A DNA stretch of 64,000 bases from a virus: positions 1 through 64,000 of the IMG/VR virus record IMGVR_UViG_3300032050_000072. One strand, 5' to 3'. The translations under genes and the position numbers were made by a program. Within the stretch, counting starts at the first letter, position 1. Each line of letters begins with the position of its first letter. This document shows positions 37,706 through 46,854 of this stretch, one piece after another. The notes under the pieces were generated by a model. The model made no database searches. It had not been told where the DNA came from and saw only the letters and a list, made by a program, of their open reading frames with translations.

Positions 37706-37778
37706 CGACCCGAGCAGGATTCGGACCTGCGACCTGCGGTTTAGGAAACCGCCGCTCTATCCGCTGAGCTACCGAGTC
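37706..37778 (-). tRNA. tRNA-Arg(CCU)
   Basis: GCGGT-TTCCTAA-ACCGC anticodon arm; T-loop variant GGTCCGAAT. Confidence 0.88.
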
Positions 37779-37781
37779 GAG

Positions 37782-37892
37782 TTTGGCTTGGGGCTTTTGT
37801 GCCGTTCGGACTATGACCTAAGCAAAGGACCGCTGTCGCGATCTGACCAGCCACCCACAGGCTTGAACCTATGAGCCGCTTACCAAGCCAAA
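37782..37892 (-). ncRNA. Candidate structured RNA D
   Basis: Perfect 10-bp closing stem TTTGGCTTGG/CCAAGCCAAA and an internal T-arm-like hairpin CATAGG-TTCAAG-CCTGTG; abuts the 5' end of tRNA-Arg. Confidence 0.5.
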
Positions 37893-37896
37893 TTTC

Positions 37897-38364
37897 CTAG
37901 CGATCGAACAGCCGTTGCGGAGCTTGGCCCTCTTCGGCTTGCCTTGGCTTGGGTCGGTTGTTCGCGCGCAGGTATTCAACCGTGTCACGGAGTTCAGTCG
38001 GAACCGAGACGCCAAGATCATCAGCGACCTTACTGAGCACATCAAATAAGCCGACAATCGCCGACCAACCTGGGCTCATGTGACTACGACCTCCAGGCTT
38101 GCGAACCGCAAACGGAGAGCCGCCGCTCTTGGTCTTCCGCCGCGACTTGATCTCGACTCCGACGATCTCGCCAGCCTGACAGATCGAAGAGAATCCAACC
38201 GAGAACCCGAGCGACTGCACGGCAAGTGCAGTAATCACTTCGCGCTCCAGCGATCCGCTTCGCAGCTTGTCGGCATTTTGCTCGACCCAATCTTCAAGCT
38301 GACGAGCCTGCTTGCGCGTCAGCGTCCTCGCCTTGTTTCTGGCTCCGAGAATTTCAGCACTCAC
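37897..38364 (-). CDS. Hypothetical protein
   Basis: 155 aa, coupled to the upstream gene. Confidence 0.55.
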   Translation of the reverse strand: MSAEILGARNKARTLTRKQARQLEDWVEQNADKLRSGSLEREVITALAVQSLGFSVGFSSICQAGEIVGVEIKSRRKTKSGGSPFAVRKPGGRSHMSPGWSAIVGLFDVLSKVADDLGVSVPTELRDTVEYLRANNRPKPRQAEEGQAPQRLFDR

Positions 38365-39428
38365 GATTGACCTCCTTCAAGTGCGACCCGCTCACTGGCG
38401 AGATCGCGGTCATTGGCTTTGGCGGCAGAAAATGCGCTGCCGTATCGCTTCTTGAGCTTGGCGACGTTCCGCTCGATCACCGTCTCGCGTTCGACGCCGA
38501 GAATCTTGCGGCACATGCCCATGTAGAACTCGATCTGCCCGAGCACGCCCGCCGCCTTATCGACGCTGATCGGTCGAGCGTAGAACAGATTCTTCTTGAC
38601 CAGATCGAGCAGTTCGCTCGTCTCGATCACCAGATTGCCGAGAGCGTTTTCGTAGGCATCCATTACCGCAGCCGGATCGCTCGGCGGATCGACGACTTTG
38701 TAGAACGAGAACATCGCCGCCCCGGCCACGATCTCGACGCGCGTCATGCCGATCGCCTGCCGCGCCAAGCTGGCGTAGAACTCCAGGTCGCCGAGTTCTT
38801 CGATGGCATTGATGCGGTCGAAGTTGACCGGATCAGGAACGCTCGCCCCGTGCAGCATTTCGCCAACCTCAGTCGACAGGCCCAGAGCCGCGTGCATTAG
38901 GTCGCCGGTTTTGCCGATCGACTCCATGAAGTCAAAGCCGTCGCCGAGCCCCACGAAGTCCTCGATGGACTCGCCAGGATTCGTGCCCAGGCGTGCCAGG
39001 ATTGCACCGTACGACGGTCGGCTGGTGAGTTGGGATACGAACTGGTCGTAGTCGGCATCGCCGCCTAGTGGGCCTGTGGCTGCGTCTGGTGCGTGTTCGG
39101 TATTTTGCTCGGTCATGTTCTCCAAGTCCTTTCGGTCAACAGGGTTATCGAGTTCGTTTTGTTCGGTGTTCGGTTCGGGTTTCGCATCGAACGAACAGCC
39201 GAACAGTTCGGTCAGCAGCTCGGTCGCCGCCTTGGTCATCGCGTAGCGGCGGGCCTCGAATTGTTTCTTCCGCAGGTAGTTGACCCGCTTCGCCATCACG
39301 TTCACGAGGTCGATCGCCTCGCCGCTGGTCGCCACCGCGATCGGCGGGGTTTCCATCGCGAGCATGGCTTCGACAAATGCCTGGGCCAGCCGATCTTGCG
39401 ACAAGCCCAGGCAGGTTTCTGGAATCAT
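38361..39428 (-). CDS. MazG-like NTP pyrophosphohydrolase (duplicated domain)
   Basis: HAALGLSTEVGE..EELGDLEFY, a second ETSELLDLVKK..GQIEFY copy, and N.AKLKKRY. Confidence 0.8.
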   Translation of the reverse strand: MIPETCLGLSQDRLAQAFVEAMLAMETPPIAVATSGEAIDLVNVMAKRVNYLRKKQFEARRYAMTKAATELLTELFGCSFDAKPEPNTEQNELDNPVDRKDLENMTEQNTEHAPDAATGPLGGDADYDQFVSQLTSRPSYGAILARLGTNPGESIEDFVGLGDGFDFMESIGKTGDLMHAALGLSTEVGEMLHGASVPDPVNFDRINAIEELGDLEFYASLARQAIGMTRVEIVAGAAMFSFYKVVDPPSDPAAVMDAYENALGNLVIETSELLDLVKKNLFYARPISVDKAAGVLGQIEFYMGMCRKILGVERETVIERNVAKLKKRYGSAFSAAKANDRDLASERVALEGGQS

Positions 39429-39431
39429 TGT

Positions 39432-40298
39432 CTAGCACTCCACGAGATTCGCTTCACCGACCGCGAGCGGAATCAACTTGCGGATCGCTTCGAGCGCCGT
39501 CTTGCGGTTCCAGCAATCCTCCACCATGATCGCGTTGGCATTGGCGATGTGGTGGATGAACGCCTTGCTGCCACGATGCTGGCCGAGCCCGTACTCCGGC
39601 GTGCGACCCTCGCAGACATTGACCAGCGAGAACAGAACGCTTCGGAAGAACCAACCGCTGATGCCGTTAATCAGGCTCGTAATATCGAGACGGTCGTTGT
39701 GCCGCTTGAGCCGCACGCCCATGAACAGACCGAAGCCGTCTCTAAACGCACCCGAAAGCGAACAGCAGGCCCAGAGTTCAACGCGGTAGCCAGCACGCTC
39801 CAGCACCTTGGCAGCCGAGACGGCGGCAACTCCCCGCCAGATCAAGGCTTCGTGGTCGATGTTGCAGTTTCCGCCTACGTCGACACAGATCGTTACGACG
39901 TTCGGCCCATTGCCCGAGCGGCGCTTGCTGGTTCGCCAGAACGGCGCTCCAGTGCGAAAGCGATCGAAGTTGAAATCGTCGCCATCGTCTTCGCTCCAGA
40001 CACCCGTGCGGCGGCGGCTCTTGGGGGTCGGCAGTTGCTCGGCCTGAATGTCCGACTGCATCTTGTCGAATAGTTCAATGCCGTGCTGCCACTCGCTTAG
40101 CACCGCTTCACCAAGGGCGTCGTAGCTGGCAAGTTCACGGCCCCGAAATTCGGCTTCGTTGTCCGTGAACTTCAACTCGAACTTGCCGGTCTTGCCGCAG
40201 TTCGTGAACTCGCGGCCCCACTCGTAGGCTTCGATCGTGCCCCCGTCGCAGATCACAACACACTCTTTGGCTTTCGCATCTTGTTCGTAACTTCGCAT
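39432..40298 (-). CDS. vWA-like partner of the MoxR/CobS-type ATPase
   Basis: VTICVDVGG (degenerate MIDAS) and LE.AGYRVEL; adjacent to the AAA gene. Confidence 0.65.
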   Translation of the reverse strand: MRSYEQDAKAKECVVICDGGTIEAYEWGREFTNCGKTGKFELKFTDNEAEFRGRELASYDALGEAVLSEWQHGIELFDKMQSDIQAEQLPTPKSRRRTGVWSEDDGDDFNFDRFRTGAPFWRTSKRRSGNGPNVVTICVDVGGNCNIDHEALIWRGVAAVSAAKVLERAGYRVELWACCSLSGAFRDGFGLFMGVRLKRHNDRLDITSLINGISGWFFRSVLFSLVNVCEGRTPEYGLGQHRGSKAFIHHIANANAIMVEDCWNRKTALEAIRKLIPLAVGEANLVEC

Positions 40299-40348
40299 GA
40301 TCTTGATCTCGTTTTGGTGGTGGTGGTGGTTGTCGTGTTGACTCTGTA

Positions 40349-40377
40349 AGTATATCGGCAGGATAGACCAAAGTCAA
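40349..40377 (-). promoter_or_regulatory. P7 sigma70-type promoter
   Basis: TTGACT-17 bp-TATACT, then an (ACC)n leader and GAGATCAAGATCATG. Confidence 0.85.
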
Positions 40378-40403
40378 TTAGAAAATCGTCGGTTTCTGAA
40401 AAT

Positions 40404-40446
40404 AAAAACCAGCCGGGTGCCGCACCCAAGGGACGCGACACCCGGC
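40404..40446 (-). terminator. Rho-independent terminator after the AAA gene
   Basis: GCCGGGTG..CACCCGGC stem followed by a T run on the minus strand. Confidence 0.65.
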
Positions 40447-40456
40447 CCACCAAAGA

Positions 40457-41710
40457 TTAGACGCCAGCCTTGGCTTTCTTGGCCTCATCCTCCGGCCAGC
40501 CCGCGAAGATCGCATCGTCGATGTCGGTCATCGTGAAGCCGCCGTTGGTCAGCATGTCGTAGGCCGAGATCATCGTGCGGGTCGACATGATCCGCTCGAA
40601 GCGGTGCTTGCGAATCGCAGCCCGGTAGCCCCACAGCTTCTCGCGGAGCTTCTTGTTCGGGCAGACATGCTCCTCAAGGGCGGTGTCGTAGTCCATCGGC
40701 ACTTGGCCGATCACGAAGCGATCAAGGAACGCGCCGTCGAGTTCGGTGCGACCGACGTATTGACGATCGGCACCGCGACCGAACGTATTGGCGGCGGCGA
40801 TGAAGATGAAGTCAGCGTGACGCTGGATCACTTCGCCACCGTTACGCTCGACCGACAGCAAGCCGTTCGCCAGGGCCGAGTTGATAATCAGCAGCACGTT
40901 CGGGTCAGCCGCGTCGCACTCGTCGGCCAGGAACACCCCGCCGTTCTCGAAGCACTTCACGAACTGCGTAATCTGATAGCAATCCTGGCCGGTATGGATG
41001 TTCGGCACATTGCGACCGACTAGCTTGCTTTCGGTGACGCCACCGGCCAGCGAGATCATGCCGAACGGCAAGCCGAGAGCCCGAGCGATCTGAGCCGCCA
41101 AGTGCGACTTGCCGCAACCAGCCGGACCCGGCAGGAAAATGTTCTGGCGACGAGCCGCCAGCTTGACGATCTTGTCGAACGCCGGGTGGTAGATTTCGTT
41201 CTCCAGCTTGACGGCTTCACCGCCCTTGGGCTGAATCTTGATCGTACGCGGCAGACGAGCCTCCTCGATCCGCTGCTTGACGTAAGCCGCCATTTCGAGC
41301 GAGCTTTGTTCGAGCTTGCTGGTCACAACCTTGGCGACCGCACCAGCCAGTGACGAGATCGTGCTGTCGATCGTGCCGCTCAGCTTGTCGGCCAATTCGC
41401 CGCCAACTTCCAGCTTGATCTTCTCGACCGCACCGGCGATGTATTTATCAACGACTTCCGAGTCAAACACAGGGCTTTCGGCCCCTTGTTGTACGGAACC
41501 GTGCTGCTCGCATTGGCCTTCAACTTGGGTGCATCCGTAGTGGACATTCCAGACGCTACCATTGAAACGAACCCGCTCCACTCGATCACCCTTGTTGATT
41601 TTGCAGCCGCAGCGAACGCACTTCGGTCGGCTGAATTTAGCGAGGAAAATTGGGTTGCCAACTTCATCAAATCCTTCTGGCTTGTCGGTCTTTACGGTAA
41701 CTGGTGTCAT
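40457..41710 (-). CDS. MoxR/CobS-like AAA+ ATPase
   Basis: GPAGCGKS (Walker A), FLADECD (Walker B), AAANT.G.G and LDGAFLDRF. Confidence 0.9.
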   Translation of the reverse strand: MTPVTVKTDKPEGFDEVGNPIFLAKFSRPKCVRCGCKINKGDRVERVRFNGSVWNVHYGCTQVEGQCEQHGSVQQGAESPVFDSEVVDKYIAGAVEKIKLEVGGELADKLSGTIDSTISSLAGAVAKVVTSKLEQSSLEMAAYVKQRIEEARLPRTIKIQPKGGEAVKLENEIYHPAFDKIVKLAARRQNIFLPGPAGCGKSHLAAQIARALGLPFGMISLAGGVTESKLVGRNVPNIHTGQDCYQITQFVKCFENGGVFLADECDAADPNVLLIINSALANGLLSVERNGGEVIQRHADFIFIAAANTFGRGADRQYVGRTELDGAFLDRFVIGQVPMDYDTALEEHVCPNKKLREKLWGYRAAIRKHRFERIMSTRTMISAYDMLTNGGFTMTDIDDAIFAGWPEDEAKKAKAGV

Positions 41711-41777
41711 GATCTTGATCTCCTTGGGGTTGCTGTCGAAAGCGTTTGGTTGTTTGGTGGTTGCTTTCGATGGTTTT

Positions 41778-41806
41778 AATATATCGTAACGCTAGACGAT
41801 TGTCAA
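41778..41806 (-). promoter_or_regulatory. P8 sigma70-type promoter
   Basis: TTGACA-17 bp-TATATT. Confidence 0.85.
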
Positions 41807-41826
41807 CAGGAAAAGTTCAGAAAAAT

Positions 41827-42051
41827 TTAGACGCGATCGGCCTGATAGGCGGCGAAACCGTGATCGAAGCCGAACAGCCAGGTCGACTTCTCTTCGCCTT
41901 CCAGCCAAGCCGGGCAGTAGGCTTCGGCGTGCGGGTTCGACCAGTCAGCCGAATAGCCAGCATCGAAACCTTGATTGTGCAGTTCGCGACGACGCTCATC
42001 GGTCATCGTCGAGGGGAGGCCGAACATGGCGTCGAGTTGTTGCTGGGTCAT
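41827..42051 (-). CDS. Small hypothetical protein (cassette gene of P9)
   Basis: QGFDAG..NP..W..GFDHG pattern; ATG within the conserved leader. Confidence 0.6.
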   Translation of the reverse strand: MTQQQLDAMFGLPSTMTDERRRELHNQGFDAGYSADWSNPHAEAYCPAWLEGEEKSTWLFGFDHGFAAYQADRV

Positions 42052-42098
42052 GATCTTGATCTCGCGTGTTTGGTGGTAGTTGCTGATTGACTCTACAA

Positions 42099-42127
42099 AG
42101 TATATCGTCCCGATAGACCTAAGTCAA
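42099..42127 (-). promoter_or_regulatory. P9 sigma70-type promoter
   Basis: TTGACT-17 bp-TATACT; palindrome upstream at 42164-42177. Confidence 0.85.
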
Positions 42128-42489
42128 TCATGTTTTCCGAAAAAATCTGGAAAATAATCGGCCCGCAACAAGTTGCGTGGCAGCCTAGCGTTTTCGCCAT
42201 TCGGCCAGCGATCGCACGATAGATGCGACCGGAATCCCGATCGCCAGTGCGAGCAAAGAATAGGCCCCGAGCTTGATCGCGAACACCAAGTCTGGAACCA
42301 ACCGCAGATAATCCCAGAGCAGCCGCAGGCCCTCACGATCGCCAATGTCGTTCACGGCTTACCAGCCTCCGGCCCAGAAAGTTCGCAGCCATTGCCACGC
42401 AGGCACCTTAAACAGACCGCCGTACGTCAAGCCATCCATGACCACGACTGCGGCAGCCACCAGCAACAAAACGATCGCCCGCCATCGCC

Positions 42490-42861
42490 TCATGGTGCAT
42501 CACCAACCTTGCCGCCGATCCAGTTCGGTTTGTCGCCTAGCGGCTTAGGCTTGATCGGCTCGCGAGTTTCGCCATTCCAGACTTCGACATCAAAGCCCTT
42601 GCTGGTGAGCCGCACCATCACGGCGCTATCGTCCGCTTCGATGTAGGTGGTCTTCGCGGTGATCTGCTTGACCGTCACCGGCCCGACAATCGGCGGAAAC
42701 AGCTTCGCAACGACATAGACCGAGCCACAGGCGATCGCCGCCACAACGACAATCGTCTTGATCGCGAACTTGAAAAAATCGTCGCCGCCCATCATCGACC
42801 CCTCTTCGCCGCAAGGCGAAACAAAGCGAGCGAGCACATGACCAGCCCGATCGCGACCCAC
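42490..42861 (-). CDS. Membrane protein
   Basis: TM segment TIVVVAAIACGSVYVVA; start position uncertain. Confidence 0.5.
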   Translation of the reverse strand: MGRDRAGHVLARFVSPCGEEGSMMGGDDFFKFAIKTIVVVAAIACGSVYVVAKLFPPIVGPVTVKQITAKTTYIEADDSAVMVRLTSKGFDVEVWNGETREPIKPKPLGDKPNWIGGKVGDAP

Positions 42862-42955
42862 ATATTGACCTGACGAAATGCCGCCAGTTCACTCGCCGCC
42901 TTCTCGATGGCCGCGATCACTCGCTCGACGTTTTGAGCCCAGTCGGCCTGCATGA

Positions 42956-43447
42956 CTATGATCCGAATTGGTTTTCTTGCTGCACTCGATCCTTGCCCAT
43001 CGCCCGCAGTAGATCGCCCAGGTGCTTGTCCCAGGCTTCAATCGTTTTCTGCTGCCGCTCGTCGGCCTTCTTCTCGATCGTCTCAAGGTGGGTGCGAAAC
43101 TCGGCCCGCTCCGCTTTTGACTCGGCGATGAAGTCAGCCCGCGCTGATGCGTGACCGGCTTCGGCTTTCTGAATCACCGCCTCGTAGCTTGTCGCGATCT
43201 TCTCGATATGCGACGGAATCACGACATAGCCAGCCCAGACCAAGCTGGCAATCACGACCAGTGCGAACTTGACCGTCTGCGGCAGTTCCTTGAAGAAATC
43301 AATGCCCGCCGAGATCAAGGCCCCGACCCACGTCTGCCCCCAGACCACCGTCTGCGGCTGTGGCTGCGATTGACTCGGCGCAGACGGGTAGCTTGTCGGC
43401 TTCGGAGCCGGAGCTTGCGGCGTCGGTGTAGAGTCGGCCCAGGACAT
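42956..43447 (-). CDS. Membrane protein with C-terminal coiled coil (holin- or i-spanin-like)
   Basis: TM segment FALVVIASLVWAGYVVI followed by a helical charged domain. Confidence 0.6.
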   Translation of the reverse strand: MSWADSTPTPQAPAPKPTSYPSAPSQSQPQPQTVVWGQTWVGALISAGIDFFKELPQTVKFALVVIASLVWAGYVVIPSHIEKIATSYEAVIQKAEAGHASARADFIAESKAERAEFRTHLETIEKKADERQQKTIEAWDKHLGDLLRAMGKDRVQQENQFGS

Positions 43448-43460
43448 ATTCGAGCCCTCG

Positions 43461-43589
43461 CTATTTGGCTGGCAGGTTTTGATGCACGGCGATCACACCA
43501 GCGGCCAGCGGTCGATGATCGGCATCGGCCTTTGGCTTGGCGGTGCAGCCCATGGAAAGCAGCAGCAGAATCACAATCGCGGTCTTCAT
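43461..43589 (-). CDS. Small predicted lipoprotein (not in the ORF track)
   Basis: Manual translation MKTAIVILLLLSMG-CTAKPKADADHRPLAAGVIAVHQNLPAK: signal peptide with a lipobox-like Cys. Confidence 0.6.
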   Translation of the reverse strand: MKTAIVILLLLSMGCTAKPKADADHRPLAAGVIAVHQNLPAK

Positions 43590-43592
43590 GGT

Positions 43593-44663
43593 TTATCCGT
43601 AGGCGTTGGAGATTTCCGGCAGCGACTTGCGCGGCCAGCCGTTCGCACCACTCAAGGCGATCAGCGACCGCCGTGAGACATCCTCCCACCGCGCCCAGAA
43701 CGAGCCGAGCGGAATGTCGAAGTTGGTGCCCATGACTCGACGCGGCCCGCTGTTCCAGTTCGGCCCCCACGAGTTCAAGATCAGCACCAAGCCGCGTGTG
43801 CGGTAGTGCGTCTTGACGATATCGCGGTCGTCAGCGCCGATCGCCGCCATCGCGTGTGCCCAGCTTCCCTGCTGCCGGGAGACGCCATTCTCGTCGCGCT
43901 GATTCGAGAAGCCCTCTCCACCACAGGTCGAGATACCGTAGCCGTTCGCCAGCATGTCGCGAACCGCCTCGAAGCTATTCAATTGCGTCGCGGTGCGAAT
44001 CAGGTGCAGACGACCGACTTCGGTGATCTTGTCCGGGGGTGGCGACGATCCCCATTTGCCAGCGGTGCCGCCGCTATATCGCGACAGATCGAAGCCCAGG
44101 TCGGCATAGTTCTGCCGAATCCACATCGCCGCCTCTTTGCGGACGACTTGTGCCGCCTCTTCGCATTGCCAGCCATCGCCGCCGTGCCGTCGATACCAGT
44201 AGATTGCCTCACTCGAAAACACGCCGTCGAGCAAGCCAGCCTGCGGAACTTCGGGGGCGACTTCGACCTTGCCCGTGACCTCATCGGCCCGGCCCGAAGC
44301 GATATCGCAAGCACAGGTGAACAGCACCGCATTGCGCGTGTCATGAGAAACGCAGTCACCCCGAGTTTGGGGGGATGCAGGCCAGCAGCCTGGAAAGACC
44401 CGTTCGTTGACGTGCCGCCATGTCGCGACCAATTGACCGGCAGCGCTATCGGCTAAGCCGTAGGCATGGCAAGCCTGCTCGCCGTCCGTCCAGCCACCTT
44501 CGGCGCGGATTGAGTCCCACAGGCTCGCAGCGGCTTCGTCGTCGTGATAACAGCCGGCGAAACCGGCGTTATACATTTTGACGACATCATCCGGCTCCCA
44601 CTCTTGCAGGTCGCTATGCTTCGGCCAGAACTGCATCCCAGCCGGAATTTTCTTTGCCCCCAT
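43593..44663 (-). CDS. Papain-like (C1) cysteine peptidase
   Basis: QTRGDCVS (oxyanion Gln, catalytic Cys), WAHAM (His), ILNSWG (Asn), GSFW. Confidence 0.85.
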   Translation of the reverse strand: MGAKKIPAGMQFWPKHSDLQEWEPDDVVKMYNAGFAGCYHDDEAAASLWDSIRAEGGWTDGEQACHAYGLADSAAGQLVATWRHVNERVFPGCWPASPQTRGDCVSHDTRNAVLFTCACDIASGRADEVTGKVEVAPEVPQAGLLDGVFSSEAIYWYRRHGGDGWQCEEAAQVVRKEAAMWIRQNYADLGFDLSRYSGGTAGKWGSSPPPDKITEVGRLHLIRTATQLNSFEAVRDMLANGYGISTCGGEGFSNQRDENGVSRQQGSWAHAMAAIGADDRDIVKTHYRTRGLVLILNSWGPNWNSGPRRVMGTNFDIPLGSFWARWEDVSRRSLIALSGANGWPRKSLPEISNAYG

Positions 44664-44678
44664 CGCTTGCCCCTTGTG

Positions 44679-45155
44679 CTAATTGATCTCCGCGAGCGCC
44701 GCCACGAACTCGATCAGCTTGTCGACGTTCGCCTTGTCGCCTTCCTTGCCGAAGACATCGACGAACGACTTCTCGACCGCTGGCCCATAGCCGTCGACTC
44801 GCTTGCCAAGCCCACGGGCGCTGGCATCGAGGTTGATGTATTGGTTGATCGCGTCCTTCGCTCGGGCGACATCGGGAATCTGCTGCTTGTTGGCAACCAA
44901 CACTGATCCGAACTGCGACCAACCGATTGCAATCGCCCGCACGGCCTCGCGATCATTCGCCGCCGCACAGAGCGACTTCACGCCAGCCACCGCGTCACGC
45001 ATTTCGCGCGACGGAGCCGGGAGAATTAGCGGCGACGGGTTTGGCGACGGACTTGGAGCGATATCAGGAAGCGGCAGCTTTACGCCGTTCCAGTGCAGCA
45101 GCAAGACAGCCGCTCCGACCCACAAAATCCAGCGACGATCATGCCCCTGATTCAC
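44679..45155 (-). CDS. Signal-anchored membrane protein
   Basis: RRWILWVGAAVLLL followed by a PSPSPNPSP linker and a helical domain. Confidence 0.65.
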   Translation of the reverse strand: MNQGHDRRWILWVGAAVLLLHWNGVKLPLPDIAPSPSPNPSPLILPAPSREMRDAVAGVKSLCAAANDREAVRAIAIGWSQFGSVLVANKQQIPDVARAKDAINQYINLDASARGLGKRVDGYGPAVEKSFVDVFGKEGDKANVDKLIEFVAALAEIN

Positions 45156-45424
45156 GGCGTCGGCTCCTTCTTCATTTCCTTCACAACAGCCGCCGCCACA
45201 ATCGCGGCAAGCTCTGCCGGGCTCGGCTGCGGCACGGGCGGAACACTCGGCCCGGCGTCGTAGAAAAATCCCTTGATGAAATTCACGGCGGCATCGACAT
45301 AGCCGAACACGATCGCTCGCGACTTCGGAAAGATCGACACCAACAAGAACACCGCCGCCAGCGCAGCGGTCACGACTGAAAATGGGTTCGACGAATCGAA
45401 ATGCCCGTATGCCCCCAGGTCCAC
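45152..45424 (-). CDS. Small membrane protein (holin-like)
   Basis: 90 aa with one or two hydrophobic segments. Confidence 0.55.
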   Translation of the reverse strand: MDLGAYGHFDSSNPFSVVTAALAAVFLLVSIFPKSRAIVFGYVDAAVNFIKGFFYDAGPSVPPVPQPSPAELAAIVAAAVVKEMKKEPTP

Positions 45425-45445
45425 GAGATCACCCCCTCTCGGTTG

Positions 45446-46354
45446 TTAAGGCTTGAGCCACAGGGCTAGATCGCCCGCGCTCATAAAGCCGGTTGCCGTT
45501 TTGACCGCCTTGCTGCGGCCAATGCCACGAACGCCAGGATCAAGAATCATCGTTGTCGGACAAACCCGCACGCGATAGCGATCGAACGCAGCGTGATCCT
45601 CTTGCGAGTCCAAGTAGACGAACTTGTACTTTTGCAGAGCCGCCTTGGCTGGCTCCTTGTCGAGTTCGGCCTTGAGTTTGCGACACGGCTCGCAGCCGAC
45701 CATGCCGAATATCGCCAGCACTTTCTTGCCGTCCTGCTTGGCCTCGGCCAGAGCGGCGTCGAGCTTGTTATTGCCCCGAGCTTCCGGTTCGCGGTAGGAA
45801 ATACGGCGGCACGACTGGCAACCCGACTGAACCTTGCTGGCTCGATTCGGACACGACTCGCACTGGCAGTCGCCGCACTTACACGGCCCGCCACTGAGCA
45901 AGCAAGTCACCCGCTGCGGCGTAATCGCCTCGCGATGGCACTCACTGCTCCAGCTTCCGTCAGCCTGCTGGCGGTAGATCACGAGCTTTTCGCCTTCGCC
46001 CCATTGCTCGTCGAGTTCCTTGCGGTACTTGCTCAGCACGCTCACTAGCACGGCCCTGTCGGCAGCCGGATGCAGCGTGTTGTCGCTCACCAGCACGGCC
46101 AGCGGCGTCTTGTCGGCCAGGGCCTTGTCGTAGGCAATCTTGTAATCGTCGACCGGCTCACGCTCGAAAGAACTATCAGGCGGCAGGCCGACATCGACAG
46201 CCACCGCAAGCTCATCGGCGCGCGACTCGAACACAGCCACGACCGGCTTCGACTCCGCAACAAGTTGCGTGACGGCTGGCTTGGCCTGGAGCGAGAACGA
46301 ATTGAAAACGCAAACGACGATCGCCGTCAGCAGCGAGAACTTTCCCGAGTTCAT
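45446..46354 (-). CDS. Exported thioredoxin-fold protein
   Basis: Signal peptide; C-terminal ALAEAKQDGKKVLAIFG..GCEPC..PT thioredoxin domain; degenerate N-terminal copy and a Cys-rich linker (CKCGDCQCESC). Confidence 0.85.
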   Translation of the reverse strand: MNSGKFSLLTAIVVCVFNSFSLQAKPAVTQLVAESKPVVAVFESRADELAVAVDVGLPPDSSFEREPVDDYKIAYDKALADKTPLAVLVSDNTLHPAADRAVLVSVLSKYRKELDEQWGEGEKLVIYRQQADGSWSSECHREAITPQRVTCLLSGGPCKCGDCQCESCPNRASKVQSGCQSCRRISYREPEARGNNKLDAALAEAKQDGKKVLAIFGMVGCEPCRKLKAELDKEPAKAALQKYKFVYLDSQEDHAAFDRYRVRVCPTTMILDPGVRGIGRSKAVKTATGFMSAGDLALWLKP

Positions 46355-46854
46355 TGTCCGGCCTCTTTGTTTTGGAATCGCTTGAAGACTTGATAGGCCG
46401 ACTCGGTGATATGCGGAATCGCCGCCACAATGATCGGATCAAGCATCCACATCGGCAGCCACCATGCGACATAGAGTGACGGTCGCAGCGCCGCATACAG
46501 AGCCAGAATCGCTTTGTCGACCAGGGCCTTCTTGTCGGCACCGCTCATGCCCGCCAGCTTGCTCGCGGCTTCGACCGCTACACTCGCCGCTTCGTTGATC
46601 GTCGCCAGGATTTCGCCCAGCGTGAAGCCGCCTTCGGCCCGCTTCAAAGCGTTCTCGTAGACCGGCACTAGCAACGGGAATTGCGAGATCACATTGGGAA
46701 TCGAGTCAGGCATAGAGCACCGTCTTGGTGATGGTGGAATCGCGGCGTCGGTGTCGGCGTGGCAACTGCACCGACGCCGCGACTTATGGCTAGTTGCCAT
46801 GCTGGCGAATACCTTGACGAATGTCCAGATCAAGACCACGCCGAATGTCAACAT
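46351..46854 (-). CDS. Membrane-associated hypothetical protein
   Basis: SGADKKALV motif with hydrophobic segments; alternative start at 46713. Confidence 0.55.
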   Translation of the reverse strand: MLTFGVVLIWTFVKVFASMATSHKSRRRCSCHADTDAAIPPSPRRCSMPDSIPNVISQFPLLVPVYENALKRAEGGFTLGEILATINEAASVAVEAASKLAGMSGADKKALVDKAILALYAALRPSLYVAWWLPMWMLDPIIVAAIPHITESAYQVFKRFQNKEAGQ

